A stretch of 63,026 bases of DNA, filler included, from Choristocarpus tenellus KU-1152 (Eukaryota > Protista > Phaeophyceae): the NCBI GenBank assembly GCA_964200185.2. It is 10 parts of 10 records of this genome, joined end to end, with 100 filler letters (N's around TTAATTAATTAA, not from the genome) between each part and the next. Parts side by side here need not be neighbours in the genome. Positions count along the whole stretch, not along the records: positions 1 to 16,491 come from CAXNAD020000820.1; 9 more parts are not named here. One strand, 5' to 3'. The position numbers and the translations under genes were made by a program. Under the pieces are notes generated by a model. That model did no database searches. It had not been told where the DNA came from and saw nothing but the letters and a program-made list of their open reading frames with translations. Below are positions 1 to 14,756 of this stretch, in pieces (the stretch's first letter is position 1; each line of letters starts with the position of its first letter).

Positions 1-606
1 GGGGGGAAGGGGTGCGTGCATGTATGTGTGTGGAAGTTGGTTGGCATGAGGGAGATTAAGTGGGGCGGTAGTAGATTTTGGTCCTAATAGTATCCTCAAT
101 GTGGTTTCAAGCCTTAGTTGGGTTTGTTTTCACTGTCCCGGTATCTCGCCGTGCTATGAGAGCTTAGGGCCTGACGACGGGTGACTCCAGTAGAGTTACA
201 CCACCTCCTTGCTCTGTTTAAGGCGCATTTGTTTGTGTGTTCTCAAAGAGCAGATTGCGTGGTGAGATGGGACTCTACAAGGGTAGGCCCTCTTTTCTTT
301 TCTCTGCAAATGCTTTTCAAACCTGCTGGTTCAGACCGCCCTTTGAATCCGGTCCAATGCTCTGCTCTGAGTACTTGCTTGTTGCTACTCAGTCGGGTAG
401 CATTTCCCTCAGGCTCCATGGAAGTGTGCTGCCACATGCTCCCGTTCAAATTCACTTCAAGTCGATTCGGTTTTTCATCTTCTTAACGGAGTATATCTTA
501 GCTTGGTCTGCCCCTGCCCCTCCCTATCTCCTTTGTACTTTATGCTGACATCCAACTATATTATGACATTGAACGCACCCCTACTGGCTGTGGTGGGGTG
601 CAATGG

Positions 607-656
<50 letters not shown>

Positions 657-669
657 ATCGTGCATGTAG

Positions 670-3600
670 GAGGAGGAAAGGCGCCACCATGCCACCACAC
701 TTGCTAAGGCAGAGGACCTGCAAGAAGCTCTAGACAGGCATGCTGTTGCTGCCACACTTAAGGGAAGCCCTGACTGCGTAACTGCCTCCAGTCTCATATC
801 GCACTTTGCAGGGACTGCATGTTTCCATGCTCAACAAATCAAGGTACAGTACGGAATCGGTACATAAATACCTCTCAGAAATCACGGGGGGGGATTGATG
901 TTGGGTCAGGCTGCGTGTTGTTAGGGTTAGGAATTGTTCTTAGGTTTTGTGAGAACGGGTCAGCCTTTGCATCTATGTTTGTCGAAGAATCTAATTTCTG
1001 AGTGGAGCAGTAGGAGGGGGAGGGAAGGTATGGGATAGCTAAGTTTGTTGAGTGATTCTAGTTGTAGGTTAGGATGTACTTGTAACTCCTTTGCGCACTT
1101 CAAACGTGCGATGTGAAGTTGTGAAGGTGAAACATTTTCCCATCTGATGGTCAGTGCGGTACTCAAAGTGTAACAGTTCATTCTACTACCGGGTCATCCT
1201 TGCTGATTCCCTGCCGTGAGGCATGCATGACATACAAGCCTCATCCCTCAACCCCGCTGCATGAGCCGCCCCTGTTGAAAAGATGAGGCGTTTGTCACCT
1301 AAGCAAGGTAAGCATTTGTAACTGTACGTCATTACCATATCCTTAAAAAGCATTTAATAGTCCATGAGATTTTGTGTTCCCCTCCTCCTACTCCAACCTC
1401 CAACTTCCATGCCACTCGTCCTGGCAGGATCTCGAAGGCAAGCTCCAGAGCCTACAAGACGGCTACAGGAGGCACGGTAGACCAACCAAGGGTACTGGCG
1501 CCGGTGGTGTTGTGAGCAACGGAAAGACTGTTGAGACCAGAGGAACATCTGGCGATGGGAAGGTGGGGTGTTGTGTTGATAGTGGGCAAGAGTCAAGCGA
1601 GAGGTTTGAGGATGATGAGGGTGACACGTCTGACGAGGGGGAGTGGGTGCGTGCACTAGTGAAGGCAACAGAGACAAGGAGGGAGGATGGGCGTCTCCAG
1701 GCACTTGAGCATGAGGCAGAGAGGTGTGTGTGTGTGTGTGTGAGTATTTTGAGTGTTTTGAGTGTTTTGAGTGTGCAGTGTAATTCGTGGAACCCTGTGT
1801 GAGCAACTGCCTTGATGTAAAACTGAATGCACTAACAATTCCGAGTTAAGATACGGGTGTCTTTCAGCCCTATCGTTCTTATTATTATTATTATTATTAT
1901 TTCTATTTTTACTATTATATAGTCTTGGTTCAGTTTAGTCCCAGAACTATCTTGACCCATTTTCAGAGGCACTTCTCGTACTGTCTACTGCAATGAACTG
2001 TTTTGCAGTACAACTAATTGTAGTGTATTCCCTCTCTTCATGCCTTACTTCTGGTGTATTGGCATCACAGCCATCCCATCGCTCGCCGCTCGAACTCCTC
2101 CCTCGAACCTTTTGCTGGACCTGCCTTGACGTATACAGCTCGTCAATGGTGCCTTGCCACCAGGTTCTTGGTCCAGTGGGGTTTTTGGGGGGGGGCGTCA
2201 GTGTAGGAACAGACTGTGTAGTACAGTACAGGTACAGGCATACAAGTAGTAGTTCTTTCCACATGGAGATCAGGTAATCGAGACCAGAGTTTGGTAAAGA
2301 AATGCATGGCATCGATGAGGTCCAAACCCACAAAATCCCGACAAGAAATGGATACTTTGTCCATTGAGTGACAAGGACCTGAAAATCAAACACCACACCA
2401 GTACGTGGGAGCTACGAGAACATATTTACACTAGTTCACATCCCATACATAGTACTATGTACTCCAAGTAGTAGTAAGTTGTCTGTAAAATTCCACTGTG
2501 AGTGTGCACTAAAGGCGATCTCTGAGCCTAATCCTCAGCAACCCCCCTGTCAGGTCCACTTGTACCATCTTTTAGGTGGCATCAAAAAATGTTCTTATCC
2601 TCAACGGGCTATTGTTTATTTGCCTCTCATTCTTGGCAGTCTCCTTCCAGATGAGCCCTCAGGGACTGATTGGAATTTCTGTGCCATAGGACACACAATG
2701 AAGTCACCAGTATGCCTCAGTGGGCAAGTCCTGCATAGTTCGCTTGTAGTTTCATAGTCCACCACTACAAAATCTCTGCTGTCTGTGGCTTGGAAATCTG
2801 TGTCCTGCTCTTCCCTCCAAGTTTCCTGAACTGATGTTGATTGTTAGTGTTTGTAGTGTATAGAGGATGGTCTGTTTGCCAGGGTGTCCTCTTTGTCAGC
2901 TCAATCTTGCGGTAAGTATTGTCTGTACTAACAGTTACATGGAAGACAGCTTTTTCCGAAACCGTGGACTCACTTGAGTCAATTTAGTTTGATGTTCAAA
3001 GCACGGCCCTGCTCCAGCTCCAGCAGTATGACATTGACAAGAGCAGCAGGTTGATCAGTGAGTAAATTTTGTTTTTTAACCTGCTGTAGGTAGAGGAGGA
3101 GGAGAAACAGCCATCCTGCCGCTCCTCACAAGTTGACAATTCTCCCCCTACCCTGCCTACCCCCAGCCTGCAGGGTGACCTCCTAAGCACAAGGAGAGAG
3201 GTAGAAACCCTCCGTCAGGAATTGGAAGAGGAACGACGCCGCCGTCCAACTGACCTCAAGCAAGGAGAGGAGACTGCTGCCATGCGCAGAAAGCTTGCCA
3301 TGGCTGCTGGCGAAGTGGAAGCTCTCTTGGTACACAACCAAGATCTACGAAGGCGGGAACTTTCACGTGGGGAAGGTGCTGGGACTGGTGCAGAGGAGCA
3401 GTTTGTACGTTCTATCAAGAGTTGTATTTGGGGAGACGGCAGTCTGTGTGAGAAGTGTGGTAGCCGCAGAGGGGATGGGGAGGGTGATGCCTTCGGGGAT
3501 GATGGAGGGAAGTGGTGGGTGTCGCATGCAGCAAATGCTGCTGCAGGGGTCGTTGGTAGATCTTTCGACCAGGCTGAAGCCGTCCAGGTTGTGGGTAGAA

Positions 3601-6600
3601 GGTTGTTTGCAGAGGGGGAGTATGATAGTGCTGGTGGTGTCTCAGACCCTGAGTTGGTCCGACTGAAGTCCCTCTTAGGAGAAAGGACCACACAAGTCAA
3701 GGTCCTTGCAGCAACGGTAGAAGCATTGCAAGCTACATCTCTGTCATCAGCCCCTGCTCCTGCTCTTTCAACTGTGAGCGGCAATTGTGGCGTGGGAAAC
3801 AACACACAGAGAGGCCCCAATCGTAACCAGAAGGTTGGCCGTGAGGACAAGAACAAGCTGGAGCGGCATCAACAGCAGCAACAAGATCAGCAAACCCCAC
3901 AGTTGTCTACTAAACCTTTATGGGACAGTTTAGAAAATTTGGCTGTTGGTTCCTTTGACAGCACCTGGCAAGGTGGGGTGGGGATCTTGGGGCAACTTGG
4001 CCCGCAGGGTCTTGTGAGTCACTGCGTGAGACTTGCTGTACGACTAACTGCTGCTCTGGCTCGCACAGGGAGGGCAGAGAGAAGAGCAGATAGCCTCCTT
4101 GCTAAGAATGATACCAGGGAAAGGGAGGGAAGGAGGGTGGAGGGACGAGTGTCTGAGCTTGAGAGTAGCTGCCAGGCCCTTGAGGCGGATAAGAGGAGAG
4201 TCGTTGCTGCCTTGGAGGCTGTGGGGAGGGAGAGCACAGCGAGGCTGAGGGCAGCTGGGGAAGAGTCATCACAGCTAAGGAGAGCACTCGCAGATGCTGA
4301 GATGAGGGCGGTGGACTCTGAACAGAGACTAGAGCAGATGAGGGCAGATGTGATGGCCCTTGAGCGTCGTCTTGGAGAGGAGAGGGAACGGTGTCAGTTG
4401 AGGGGAAAAGCCTTGGGTGAGGAGCACATTTCTAGGCTCAAGGAATGTGCTGATAGGCTGTATGGATGTGAGCCAGGGAACAGTGTTGGAGGCAGTGTTG
4501 GGACTGTCCCGGTCCCTGGACGGGGTGACTATGGTGGCGATCGAGGTGGCACTGGCGCTGGTCCTGCTGCAAAACAGTTGGCAGGGCTTTTGGCAGGCTG
4601 GTGGAATGCCTGCCATCCTCAGAGGAGGAAGAGAGGGGGGGTGCCTGCAGGGTTGGCCTTGAATGTTCAAAATGTAACAGAGGTTGAAGCTGGAGGAGAC
4701 ATACCTGAAAGGGATTTGGGGAGCATCAGTAAGCGTGGTGTCCAGGGCGGGAGAAGTGGTCGGGGTGTAGACCAGGACCAGGGTCAAATTTCCAACCATG
4801 CCCGTGTACGCAGAGAGTTCAGGGCATTGGAGGTGTACTTGCAGGAGACTGTGATGCGACTCGATTCAGAGGGCCTCCGGGCAATGCAGCGCTCACGCGC
4901 CCTGGAGTGGGAGCTTCGGGGTGTCCGTGAAGACATGCTGGAGACAACAGCCTCCCTGGAGGAGGCACAAACAGAGACTGAGCGCCTCTCTGCCCGCCTT
5001 GCTGTTGCTGAGGCTGTAGCATTGGCCTCATCAATGACATCAGTGCCAGCCTCAGCGTCATCGGTAGGCCTGGTCACTGCCGGTGGTGGTTCTGCCATCC
5101 CTACCCCTAATGGGAGCAGCAGCAACAGTGTCGCAGCAGTTAGTCTGCTGGAGAAACGCCTGGCAGCAGCAATGGAAGACCTTGTGGCTTATGCAGGGGC
5201 TTTAGCGGCTTCTCTGGTGGAAGCCAAGGAGCAGCGATCTAGAGCAGATCAGGCGGAGGAGGAAGCGTCTATCGCTCGGAAACAGGCCGATGTTCTTGGT
5301 ACAGAAATGACCAGGAACAAGGTGAAGGCTACAGAGCAGCTCCAAGAGGAGGCTGCAGAATGGAGAAGGAACCTAAGGGCTGAGCTGGGTCGCTGGTGGC
5401 AGTCAGAACTCGTGCCCCTCCACAGTGGAGTGGCGATGGACTGGGGGAATGCAGCTGCAGTGGATGATGTAGTCACAGCTGGGAGTGCCAGGGTGGTGAC
5501 AGGGGTGGGGGAGGCAGCTAGGGGTGACTTTGCAGGCATGGGCACCCTGTTAGGAGGGAAGGTGTCATCAGAGTTGTCTTCTGGCGGCCCTGCAGGTTCT
5601 TCAACAGTCAGGAGACTTGTAGTTGGGATCACAGGAGAGGAAGCGATGGCACAGGCATTGATTGCAACCCGTACGGAACAAAGCCTGCTCGAGGAACGAC
5701 TTCTTTGTACTGAGCGGTGCCTGGATGAGACCCGGGCTGAGGTGATGCAGCTCGAGCCTGTGGTGAAGCATTGGCAACAGGCTCAGTCGGTTGCTGCTAT
5801 GGGTCAACATAGGGGTCAACAGAGAGCGGCAAAACACACCTTGGGATTGGGTCCCTCAGTCAGCTCTGGTGCTGATGTCTTACCACCAGCTGGTGGCAGG
5901 GTTGGTGGAGCATGTTCTGGTTGCCACGGGTGCAGGGAAGCAGGACCGAGCAACAGAGCTGAGGGGGTGATGTTGCCGCTAGAGCGAGAGTTGATGTCGG
6001 TGACAGGGGAGCTAGTTTCCTCTCGTGATGAGGTGACAAGATTGAGAACAGAGGTGGAAGCTCTGAAGGCACTTGCCGCCCGAGCACAAGAGGATGAGGT
6101 GTGTGTCTTGCGTACTCTAAAGTGTACTACAGTACACCCCATAGTATGCAGCTTTTTGTGTAGGCATTGGCTTCTGTCTATACCTTAACTCTGACTGGAG
6201 CACCAGGGGTAAAGGGGTTGCTCTACGTAGATCTGAATTTTTGTTGGACATGCAATTCGTGCTTGCAAACTTGAGGCGTAGGACACCCTGACTAACCCCC
6301 CCACAGATACTTTCCACTAAACTCTTAGACACCCCCTACCCCACACCTGATCCTGCCCATGTTGTCGTTCAAATCATCATCTCCCTTCCCTCCTCCCACC
6401 CCTTCACACTCATTATGGTAACAAGATTTTGACTTACACACTCTCACCAGGCTCGAACCCGTGAGTCCCTGGGACCCAGGCTGGAAGCAGTGACAGCACG
6501 ACTCAGGCAGCGGGGGGAACGGGACCTCCGAGATGTCCATGAGAGGCTTTCTGAGGAGCAAGAGCGCTTCAAGCGGGAGTTGGGTATTGCACATGCAGAG

Positions 6601-9600
6601 CTCCTGAGACGTGATGCTGAGTTGGCAGAGACCATTCGAAGGAGACAAGAGCTAGAGGTCTCTCGAGGAAAGGGTGAGTTTAATCAAGCAGCTTCTTCTG
6701 GTTGCTCCGACAATGAAAGGGACTTCAGTTATGTTGGGAAAGGGCAACAAATATTGAAAGGTATTGGCAAGAGTTCTGGTCTTGCAGCACACAGGGGTGA
6801 GAGAGAGGATGGAGAAACATCAAGGCAAGGCAGTGTCTCTGGGTCATCATCAGAGCTGCCCAGAGGTGAAAGTAGGTTGGACCTGGAAGGCAAGCTCCAT
6901 GAGGCACAGGAGGAGCGGGAGGCACTTAGACGCATGTGTAACAGCTTAGCGGTGGACCTGCAGGAGGCGGTTGAAGCACAGGCAGAGGCAGAAACAGTTC
7001 AGGAGGGGCTTCTGGAGGTGAGCAACGGGGGGATTGAAGGGGGGGGGTGCAAAGCTATTAGGGTCATGGTTTGGGTTGGGGGTGGCAATGAGGAAAAGGG
7101 GTGCATCAGGGATTAAGAAGGTTGTGATGTTGAAACTGGTGGTACGTAATGCAAGAGATGGATTGGGGCAGGAGGATAGGTCAAGTGCCTTACTCACTTA
7201 TTGACGGAAGTTTTTCCCTGAGGGATCATCCATGCTCCCCCCGTACTCTTGTGTGTTTACATTTTATTACATCTGTGTGTGTGAATGATATCTGCACACT
7301 TCTTCAGGAGGCTGCTACTGCAAAGAGCGAGTCACAGAAGGCATGCCATGCTCTCAGGGACACAGAAACTGCCACAAGAGAGCTTGGGCGATTGCTGGAT
7401 GGCTTGCAACAGACTGAGCGCACTGGGGGCACTGGAGGTAGAACTTCAACGACCCTAGCAGAGGCAAACCCCCAGCTTCTTACATCGCCGGCGGACGGTG
7501 TAAGCTACAACGGAAAAGCTGATCGCTTTGCAAGAGTCATGGTACGTTTTGTCCCTTTGATGTTTAGTAGCTTCCAGAGCCTCAGATCCTACTCCCACAA
7601 TCCTGGCTCCCTCTATGCACTTGTGTCCTCCTTTGCTTTCGCCATGACATTTTGAGGCAATTCTGACGCCATTTCTGGTCAATTTTGTGCGTGTTTGTCT
7701 GTTGTCTGTCTGTCTATCTGCATGCGCTCCTACAAAACGTTTTGTGCGAAGATTGCTGCCAAAGTGGCGGAGGCTGACCTCCTCCGCCGTCTCGAGGAGG
7801 TGTTCTCTGGCGAAGCAGAGTTGCGTCACATGCTTCGCCGACGTGATCAAAGGATTGAAGCTCTCAAGCGCGAGATTTCCACCATACGTGGCAGCAGCAC
7901 TAATGCAGTTGGCGTCACTGTCAGCAGTGGCACCAGCAGGCCAACCCCACTCTCCTTGGCTCGTCCCGGCACTGCAATCAGAGGCAGGGATGGGATTGCC
8001 TTAGGTGCTGAGTCTGGGAGCAGGGGCGATGAAGGGAGGGTTGTGACATTGAAGGCAGAGGAGACAGCAAGACAGCTGGTCTCAAAGAATGCAGAGATTC
8101 TTAACCTCAGACTTGAGTTGACTGAGGCTGGGGCAAGGGGGGGCGTTGGGGATGCTGCAGTGGCCAGAGCAAGGGGGTGGATGGAGGCAGTGATTGAGGG
8201 CAGAGGCAACAGGGAGGCTGGTTGTGATAGCAAGGGGAGAGGACGAGGAGGGTGTGCTATGCCCCCAGGTCTGGCAAAGCAAATGGGCACTGGAGGGGGG
8301 GAATGCTGTTCTTGCAACCAATTACGCGAGGCACTGCAAAATATCAGGGGAAGTCGTGAACCCAACCTGGGTTTGTTGTCGGTGACGGGGGGAGGGGCAG
8401 CGGTGCAAGTACCTAAGAGTGTGTCACAACAAGGGAGGGGGTCATTGTTCTTGATTCCTAGCATTGAAGTGGAGCACAAGGCTGCTGCTGCGGCAGCTGC
8501 CTCAGCAACTGCACTGGCAGCATCAGAATCAACACCAATGAGGGCAAATTTGTTCTCTTCTGGAGCAGTGGCTGATGGAGAGGGTGGGGGAGGGGGGCTT
8601 GTCGACTCATTAAACAGAGACCAGCTGACAAGTAGGCATGACAGCAGCTTGGGAAAGAAGAAGGGGAGCAAAGGGGGGATGGGGGAATCCTCTCTCAGTT
8701 TGGCGGCAGCTCTTCAGACACCATCCCCCCTTCGATTGAGCAGTAGTATCAGGTCGATGGGCTTGCATCTAGGTCACTTGGAGAAACTTGCAACTGGCCT
8801 TCCCCCAGATGGTGGGAGACTATCACCCAGTAGTCTGGATGTCAGATCCTGCCCTTCTACCCCTTCCCGTGGCCAGTTGTCAGGAAAGAGTGGTTATGCC
8901 TTTGTTGGGCATCAGGAAGAGGATGGAAGCACAGCTCTTGTGCTGACAGCACTGACAGAACTTCGGAAACATGTGACAGGGCTTGAGGAGAGGGCTGAGG
9001 AGACAGAGAGGTTACTGGAGGTGAGTAGTGGATTGACCATGTAGAATGTACAGCAGAGAAGATCACTACAGGGCAAGATTCTTGTCTGTATGTTTCTTGT
9101 TTGCTTGTTGACCTCCTGTCATCAGGTTGCCCTCATTTTCCCACCTGTCCAAATGTAAAGTTATGGCCAACCACCCTCCTTATCACAGGGTTTCATTGCA
9201 CCACATCTATTGGTACCAACCAGGCGGTAGAACACCTTAGTATCTCAGCACAACCCTGTCATGATGTCAATTCGGCAGGATCACCGCAGCGGTAGAGAAG
9301 AACTGCACGAGGAAGTCCTACGCCTCAGGGCTGAGCTTATCAAGCAACAGCGAGCATATTGGCAAGCTACAGCTACCCTCAGGGACAGGTGAACATACAA
9401 TTGTGGAGTTACTAGCTGCAGAGTACAGAAGATATAGTGCTGTAGAAAGGTTTTTGAGAATTGCAAGACGGTTTTGTTCTCCCATCATGCTGTTGCTCCA
9501 ATCACAATTGTTTACACAGATTTGGTGTTTTGCACAGGGGTAGGAATATAAAATGATGTGACGGTTGAAGGATTCCGAGCAAGGGTTCCTGGTGAGGGAC

Positions 9601-12600
9601 TTGAAGCATTAAGATGAGTTTCAGTACAACCATGGTGGCTTGAGTTACTGTGACTTGTTGTGGAGTACTCCTTAGTGTTGGACGAAGAGCTCTGTATCTT
9701 GGATTTGTGGGAAAGAGTTGAGCATGTTTCAACGGGTGCTTCCTTGCCAGGTCGCGGTCCCCATTCATTGCTTCTCTCTATATCACACAACCTGCAACAG
9801 CGCTATTATATAGCAGATGAGCAAGAGTGACTGTTGAAGTATTTCTTCACTGCCCCCCTGCACCCACCTACCTACTCATCCTCACCCAGATATGACCTTG
9901 CTGTTGCTGAGATGGAGAAAGAGAATGCAAGAGAAGGACAAACACAGGAGGGGAGGGCTGGTGAGGAGTCTATAGTAGATGGGCCTAAGGTTAAGACTAG
10001 GTCAAGGACTGAGAGTCACCAATTAAATACAACAAACAACACCTCAAGTGTTGCCACAGCTGACTCTTGTGACTCAGCACTTGAGGAAAAAGAAGACCCG
10101 TTTAATCACAGCCTTGTTAGTGGCAAAGTAGATGGCATAAGTGGGATAAGGACGGGATCAGACGAGGGTGTAGGTTGCGCAAGGAGCAGGTGTAGGCAGA
10201 CAGCACAAGCTTTGGTGGTGGAGGCAGAGGGACTGAGGCTGAAGGTGCAAGGACTTGAAGAGTTGTCAGCTCAACTAAGGATTGAGCTGTGTGAGGTGAG
10301 GTCTGTGCATGTCCAGGAGGCTCAGGAGGTTCAGAGGCAGCTGGCAAGGTTGGTGGAAGCACAAAAGGGGCAAGTTGCAGCTGTGGAACAGCAGCTCAAA
10401 AGGGCCAGGACCAAGATCAAGTCCTTAGGGCGACCCAAGGCAGGTGGGCGCAGATCAAGAAGCAACAGTGTCATGGTCACAGGCACTGTGTCCCAGGCTG
10501 CAGTACGGGGCAGGGAAAAGGAAGCAACTGGACTTTCTGCAGAGGAACTGATGGGCATGCTAGCGACTGTAGATGAGCAAGCTTTTGAAGCCAAGAGTCA
10601 GGTAAAGCAGCTGGAATATGAGCTGAGAGCCAAATCTGCTGAGGTGGAAATGTTGAAGAGATTTGTCCCTTACAGAGACAGTACAAGAGTTGCCTCGGGA
10701 GCAAACATGGGGGAAGGAGATATCACACAGGATGGGGCAGTGGAGGCTCAGGCTGGACCCACAACAATGGATAATATAGCAGTAAAGGGAGCAGGTACGG
10801 CGATGACTTCTGAAGGTGGTGGTGTCACACTCCAAACTGTCATTACAGCCGCTCGAGCCACTGCAGCTGAGGCAGAGGTGGCACGTCTGATGACCGAGGT
10901 TCTCACCTTGGGTGAGGCTGTCCAAAAAGCCCAACGTGAGGCCTTCCACCTTCAGCAGGAAGTGATGGTCACATCCCGAAGGAGTAAGAGCACACCCAAA
11001 AGGAGCACATTCACTGCCTCTGCCGCTGGTGCTGGTGCTTCCCAGGTACAACCTGCAGTGCCCTCTCAAGACAACAAAGACCTCCAGAAACAGGTCTCAG
11101 ATCTGAAGCGAGAGGTGTCGCGCTTCCAAGTTTCCTGTTCCACGGGAGTTCCTGCGGAGGGTGGTGGGCGTGCAGGCCGTGAGGCTGCGATAGCAGCAGC
11201 TGCAGAAATGCAGAAAGTACAGGGGGAGCTGGCCTCTGCGCGGGAAGAGGTTTCTAGAAAGGGCAGGGCGATAGTAAAGCTGCGGGCGACGCAGGCGGCT
11301 GGGGAGAAGGCTCTGGAGCTGTGCCGGGCAGAGGTGACGCAGCTCCAGGTAAAGGTGGGAAGATTGACCAGGGATGCCACGGCCAAGGGAAGCCTCGTGA
11401 GAGATCTGCGAGCAAAGCGATCCGAGCTAGAATCGGAACTCAAGCGAGAGCAGGAGAAGACTGCCGCTGCTATTGTCGGGGAAGGAGCTAGTCCCTCTGA
11501 GACAGGGGAGGTGGTCCGGGGGGCACATCATGGGAGGAGAGGAGAGAAGGGTGGGGGGGTTGCTGGAGCTGGGCAGAATGTTACGCGTGATCTAGCTGCT
11601 GAGCGCGACCGCCTGAGAGCTGGCATGAGGGTGAGACAGGATACGCTGTCTAAACAGGCGTCTGAGCTGGAAACACTCAAGGCGGAGCTTGAGAGGTTGG
11701 AAGATCAAGTTAAGGTGCTTCGGGCAACTGCAACTCGGAAGGATGGGGCTTACCAAGCTGCTAAGTCACAGGTAGGATATGTGAGAGTTGGGGATGTTGG
11801 TGGTGAACGATAGAGGCTGAGATGTTAAAGGTTAAATCTCCTACTTTGGAGTACTTGATGGAATGAGATTTTGTGGGGTGTTAAAGGTGCATGGATATGT
11901 TTAGACGCTGGTCCATGTGTGATTCAATTCAGATGTCCATGTCCTTTATTGTCCTGCACTGATATCTCACAATGCGTTGTAACGGTTTCCTCTTGAAGGG
12001 CATGTCTTCGCAGACATTTGCTCAGCAGGACACTACAAATATATGAGGCTGGCAGTGCTCTTCAGAGGAAATATTACTCATTCCTGACGAGTCATAACCG
12101 ATCTATTGTCGTAACAGTACGACTGTGCTGAACTATTGTGCAATGGTGAACGTATTGGACTGACTTTCGCATTTTTGTACCTCCCCACTCAAACTTAACC
12201 ATCCCTCCTTCTGTTCACGTGCTGTTGCTGTGGTCATCGCGTGAGCACAGCTTGCAGCTACCCGTGAGGAATTTGAGTGCTTCAAGGTGTCTGCACACCG
12301 ATGGCAGGCTGATGCTGAGTTGCGGGTGCGGCAGCTGAAGAGATCTATGGGTGCCATTGCCAATGAGGCAAAGGGGGGAATACGGAGAGGGGACGAGGCA
12401 GAATGTGAGCTGGCAGCTCTCAAGTCCGCTTTCCGCTCCTTTCTACAGACACTATCAGAAGACCTCCAGGCACGCTCCTCCCCCCTCCCAGCATCCCCCC
12501 GCCAACTCCACCCCAGTTCTGTGGGAGGGATGCCCGCAGAAGGCATTGATGTGGAAGGCAGGGGCTCTGCTAAGGATGTCTGTGATGTAAGGCGCGACGA

Positions 12601-13558
12601 AGCCAGAGAGGGTTGCGGAGCGGTTAGTGTGGCTGCAGGTGAGGTGTCACAGAGGAGAGGGGAGAGGCAGAGCATCCAGTCGGGTGTCAGTGGGGAAGGT
12701 GAGGGTGGGGAGGAAGCATTTCACCCATCGTTTACAGATCTCACACAAGCAGAAGTAACGGACATCATGCGTGCCGTGGATTGCAGCAGGGCGACCACTC
12801 CAGAGTCGAGTTCTCTGCAGCTGTTGCCGCCACCGCCACCTTTGCAGCCCCGCCAGCTGCAGTTACAGAGCAATCCAGCTGGTGTGGCAAAGTCACAGGT
12901 GTCCTCTCCTCCAGGGGAAATGTTTTCGTGGCCAGGGGGTGCGAAAGCAGCTGCAAGGTCGGCAGCGACCGTAGCGGCAGCAACAGCAAAGGGTCGCAAG
13001 GAGACTACCGAAGAGGATGAGGTATTTGGAGCAAGGGTGGAACGGGCTCTAGAGGAGACAGATGGAGATGCCCTGGCGGCAGCACTCCATTCGCTGTGTG
13101 CACAGGGTCCTAGGCAGCGGCCTACTGCTGAGGTACTACACACTGTAGGATCATCGATGCAAGTAAGGCCGCAGGAGCCTCCACCAATCTTGTTGCCATC
13201 AGATCGGGAAGTGTCCCTGGCCAACTGTGGAGGGAAGTTGTTAGGATCAAGGTCAGATTTGATCGGTCAGTGGAAGACGCAATCTGTGTCATCCGTTGGA
13301 AACAAGGAGCCTTCGCCCACACCTGAGTGGAAGAATTGGAATGCTTGCCAGGAGGTAGAGGTTGGCAGACCTGGCAATGATGATGGCTGCAAAGAAGAGG
13401 GAGGTGTTGGGAAGGAGGGAGGGAGGAATAGATTGGGGGATGACTATCTCACCTCTCTTCTTTCCCCTCTGGAAGAGGAGCAAGAACCACTTGAAGATGA
13501 GGGCATGCTGAGTGATGTTGTATCAGACAAAGAGCTGGAGGATTTACTAGGGTTGTAA
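670..13558 (+). CDS. Very large multi-exon coiled-coil protein (>2,900 aa, 5' end outside window); possibly a centrosomal/flagellar scaffold
   Basis: Hand-spliced GT-AG exons with consistent phases: 670-843, 1428-1723, 3167-6098, 6451-7017, 7308-7541, 7752-9020, 9279-9388, 9890-11771, 12251-13558(TAA), 8,772 nt in total. E/R/A/L-rich heptad blocks are separated by G/S/A linkers. The CEP290/centlein resemblance is only an impression. Confidence 0.8.
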
Positions 13559-14756
13559 AAAAATTGCACATAGTTAGGGCTAGTGGTATCAAATATTAGA
13601 GCACTGCTACTGCTCAGCTGCGTTGTAACGTTTGACGTGCTGATATGTTGATAAATCTTATAGAGAGCTACTAACAAAACAAGTACTATTTTGTGAGAGG
13701 TAATATGTTTCGAATGCCATTGACAAGTAGAAAATATAATCACAGTTCTACCTCTGAATTGCATACTTGAGTGTATAACAGGTTGGACCATGCCGGAAAA
13801 GATACTGCAATGTGTTCAGCTCATGAATGTGCTGCCACATGTGGGAACACCTAATGCAAGACTGGTGACAAGAAATTGTGACTTGTTACGTGCACACGCA
13901 TCATCCAGTGTATGCATGGCTTGTCGATAAATGCCTCCTTCTGCACTGTTTTTTGCCAATCTACTCTAATTGATCATATAGATCACTCAGGTAGTGCAAG
14001 GCAGGTTATTACCCATTTTTCTTGACTAGAAGTTTTTAGGATGCCCCTTAGGAGGAATTTTTGTCTTCACAGTAGCCAGTGTTTGTTGTATGTATCAGTC
14101 TGTACTCTAGAGTGATCGAAGGTATGATGAGGTGGTGATGTATGAATAGACAAGGCATGTGCTCTTTGCTGATAAACAATTTGTTCCTGGTAGGGAGTAG
14201 GAGCTCCATCTGCTATTTGCAGTGGGAACTACATGGATGATGGAGTATCTACCATGGGTTAAGAAAATTCCAAGACTGCAGTGCTCCCAGTACATTTTGG
14301 GTGTGTTACCTCCATGAGGGTTAGTTTTTGGTTCTAGTATGATTGCACAACACAATGCGTATCAGCAGGGGGTCAGAAAAAGATATGTTTCAGTCTTACA
14401 GAAGAGCCTATTGAAGCCTTGAGGGGCGAGGCATTCAGCCTGTGCTCTTGATAGTATCTACAAGCTTCAAAATAGAAGTATGTGTGAGTGTCTCGACGGG
14501 TACTCGGGGTCCTTTGTCTCTCTCCAAGAGATGGACACACTCTCAGTTACCCGTGAGAATCCCATGCGGGGGGGATCTTCAGAATGTCAAGACTCGATCT
14601 TCACTGCGCTAAACTTTCTACTGCATTCATTCTACTTGCTCTAGCAGCATGTCATGAAATCTGCTCTCAACAGAGCTCGATCTTGGAGGGATTCCCTCCG
14701 AGCTGTGTAGCTTCAAACATTGTCAATGGCATACTCCCTTGAGGGATGGTCCATAG

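Noticed and set aside
3215-13224. Many long antisense ORFs (e.g. 3215-3856, 7847-8671)
   Set aside because: They are shadows of GC-rich sense exons, with S/A/P-rich composition and no motifs.
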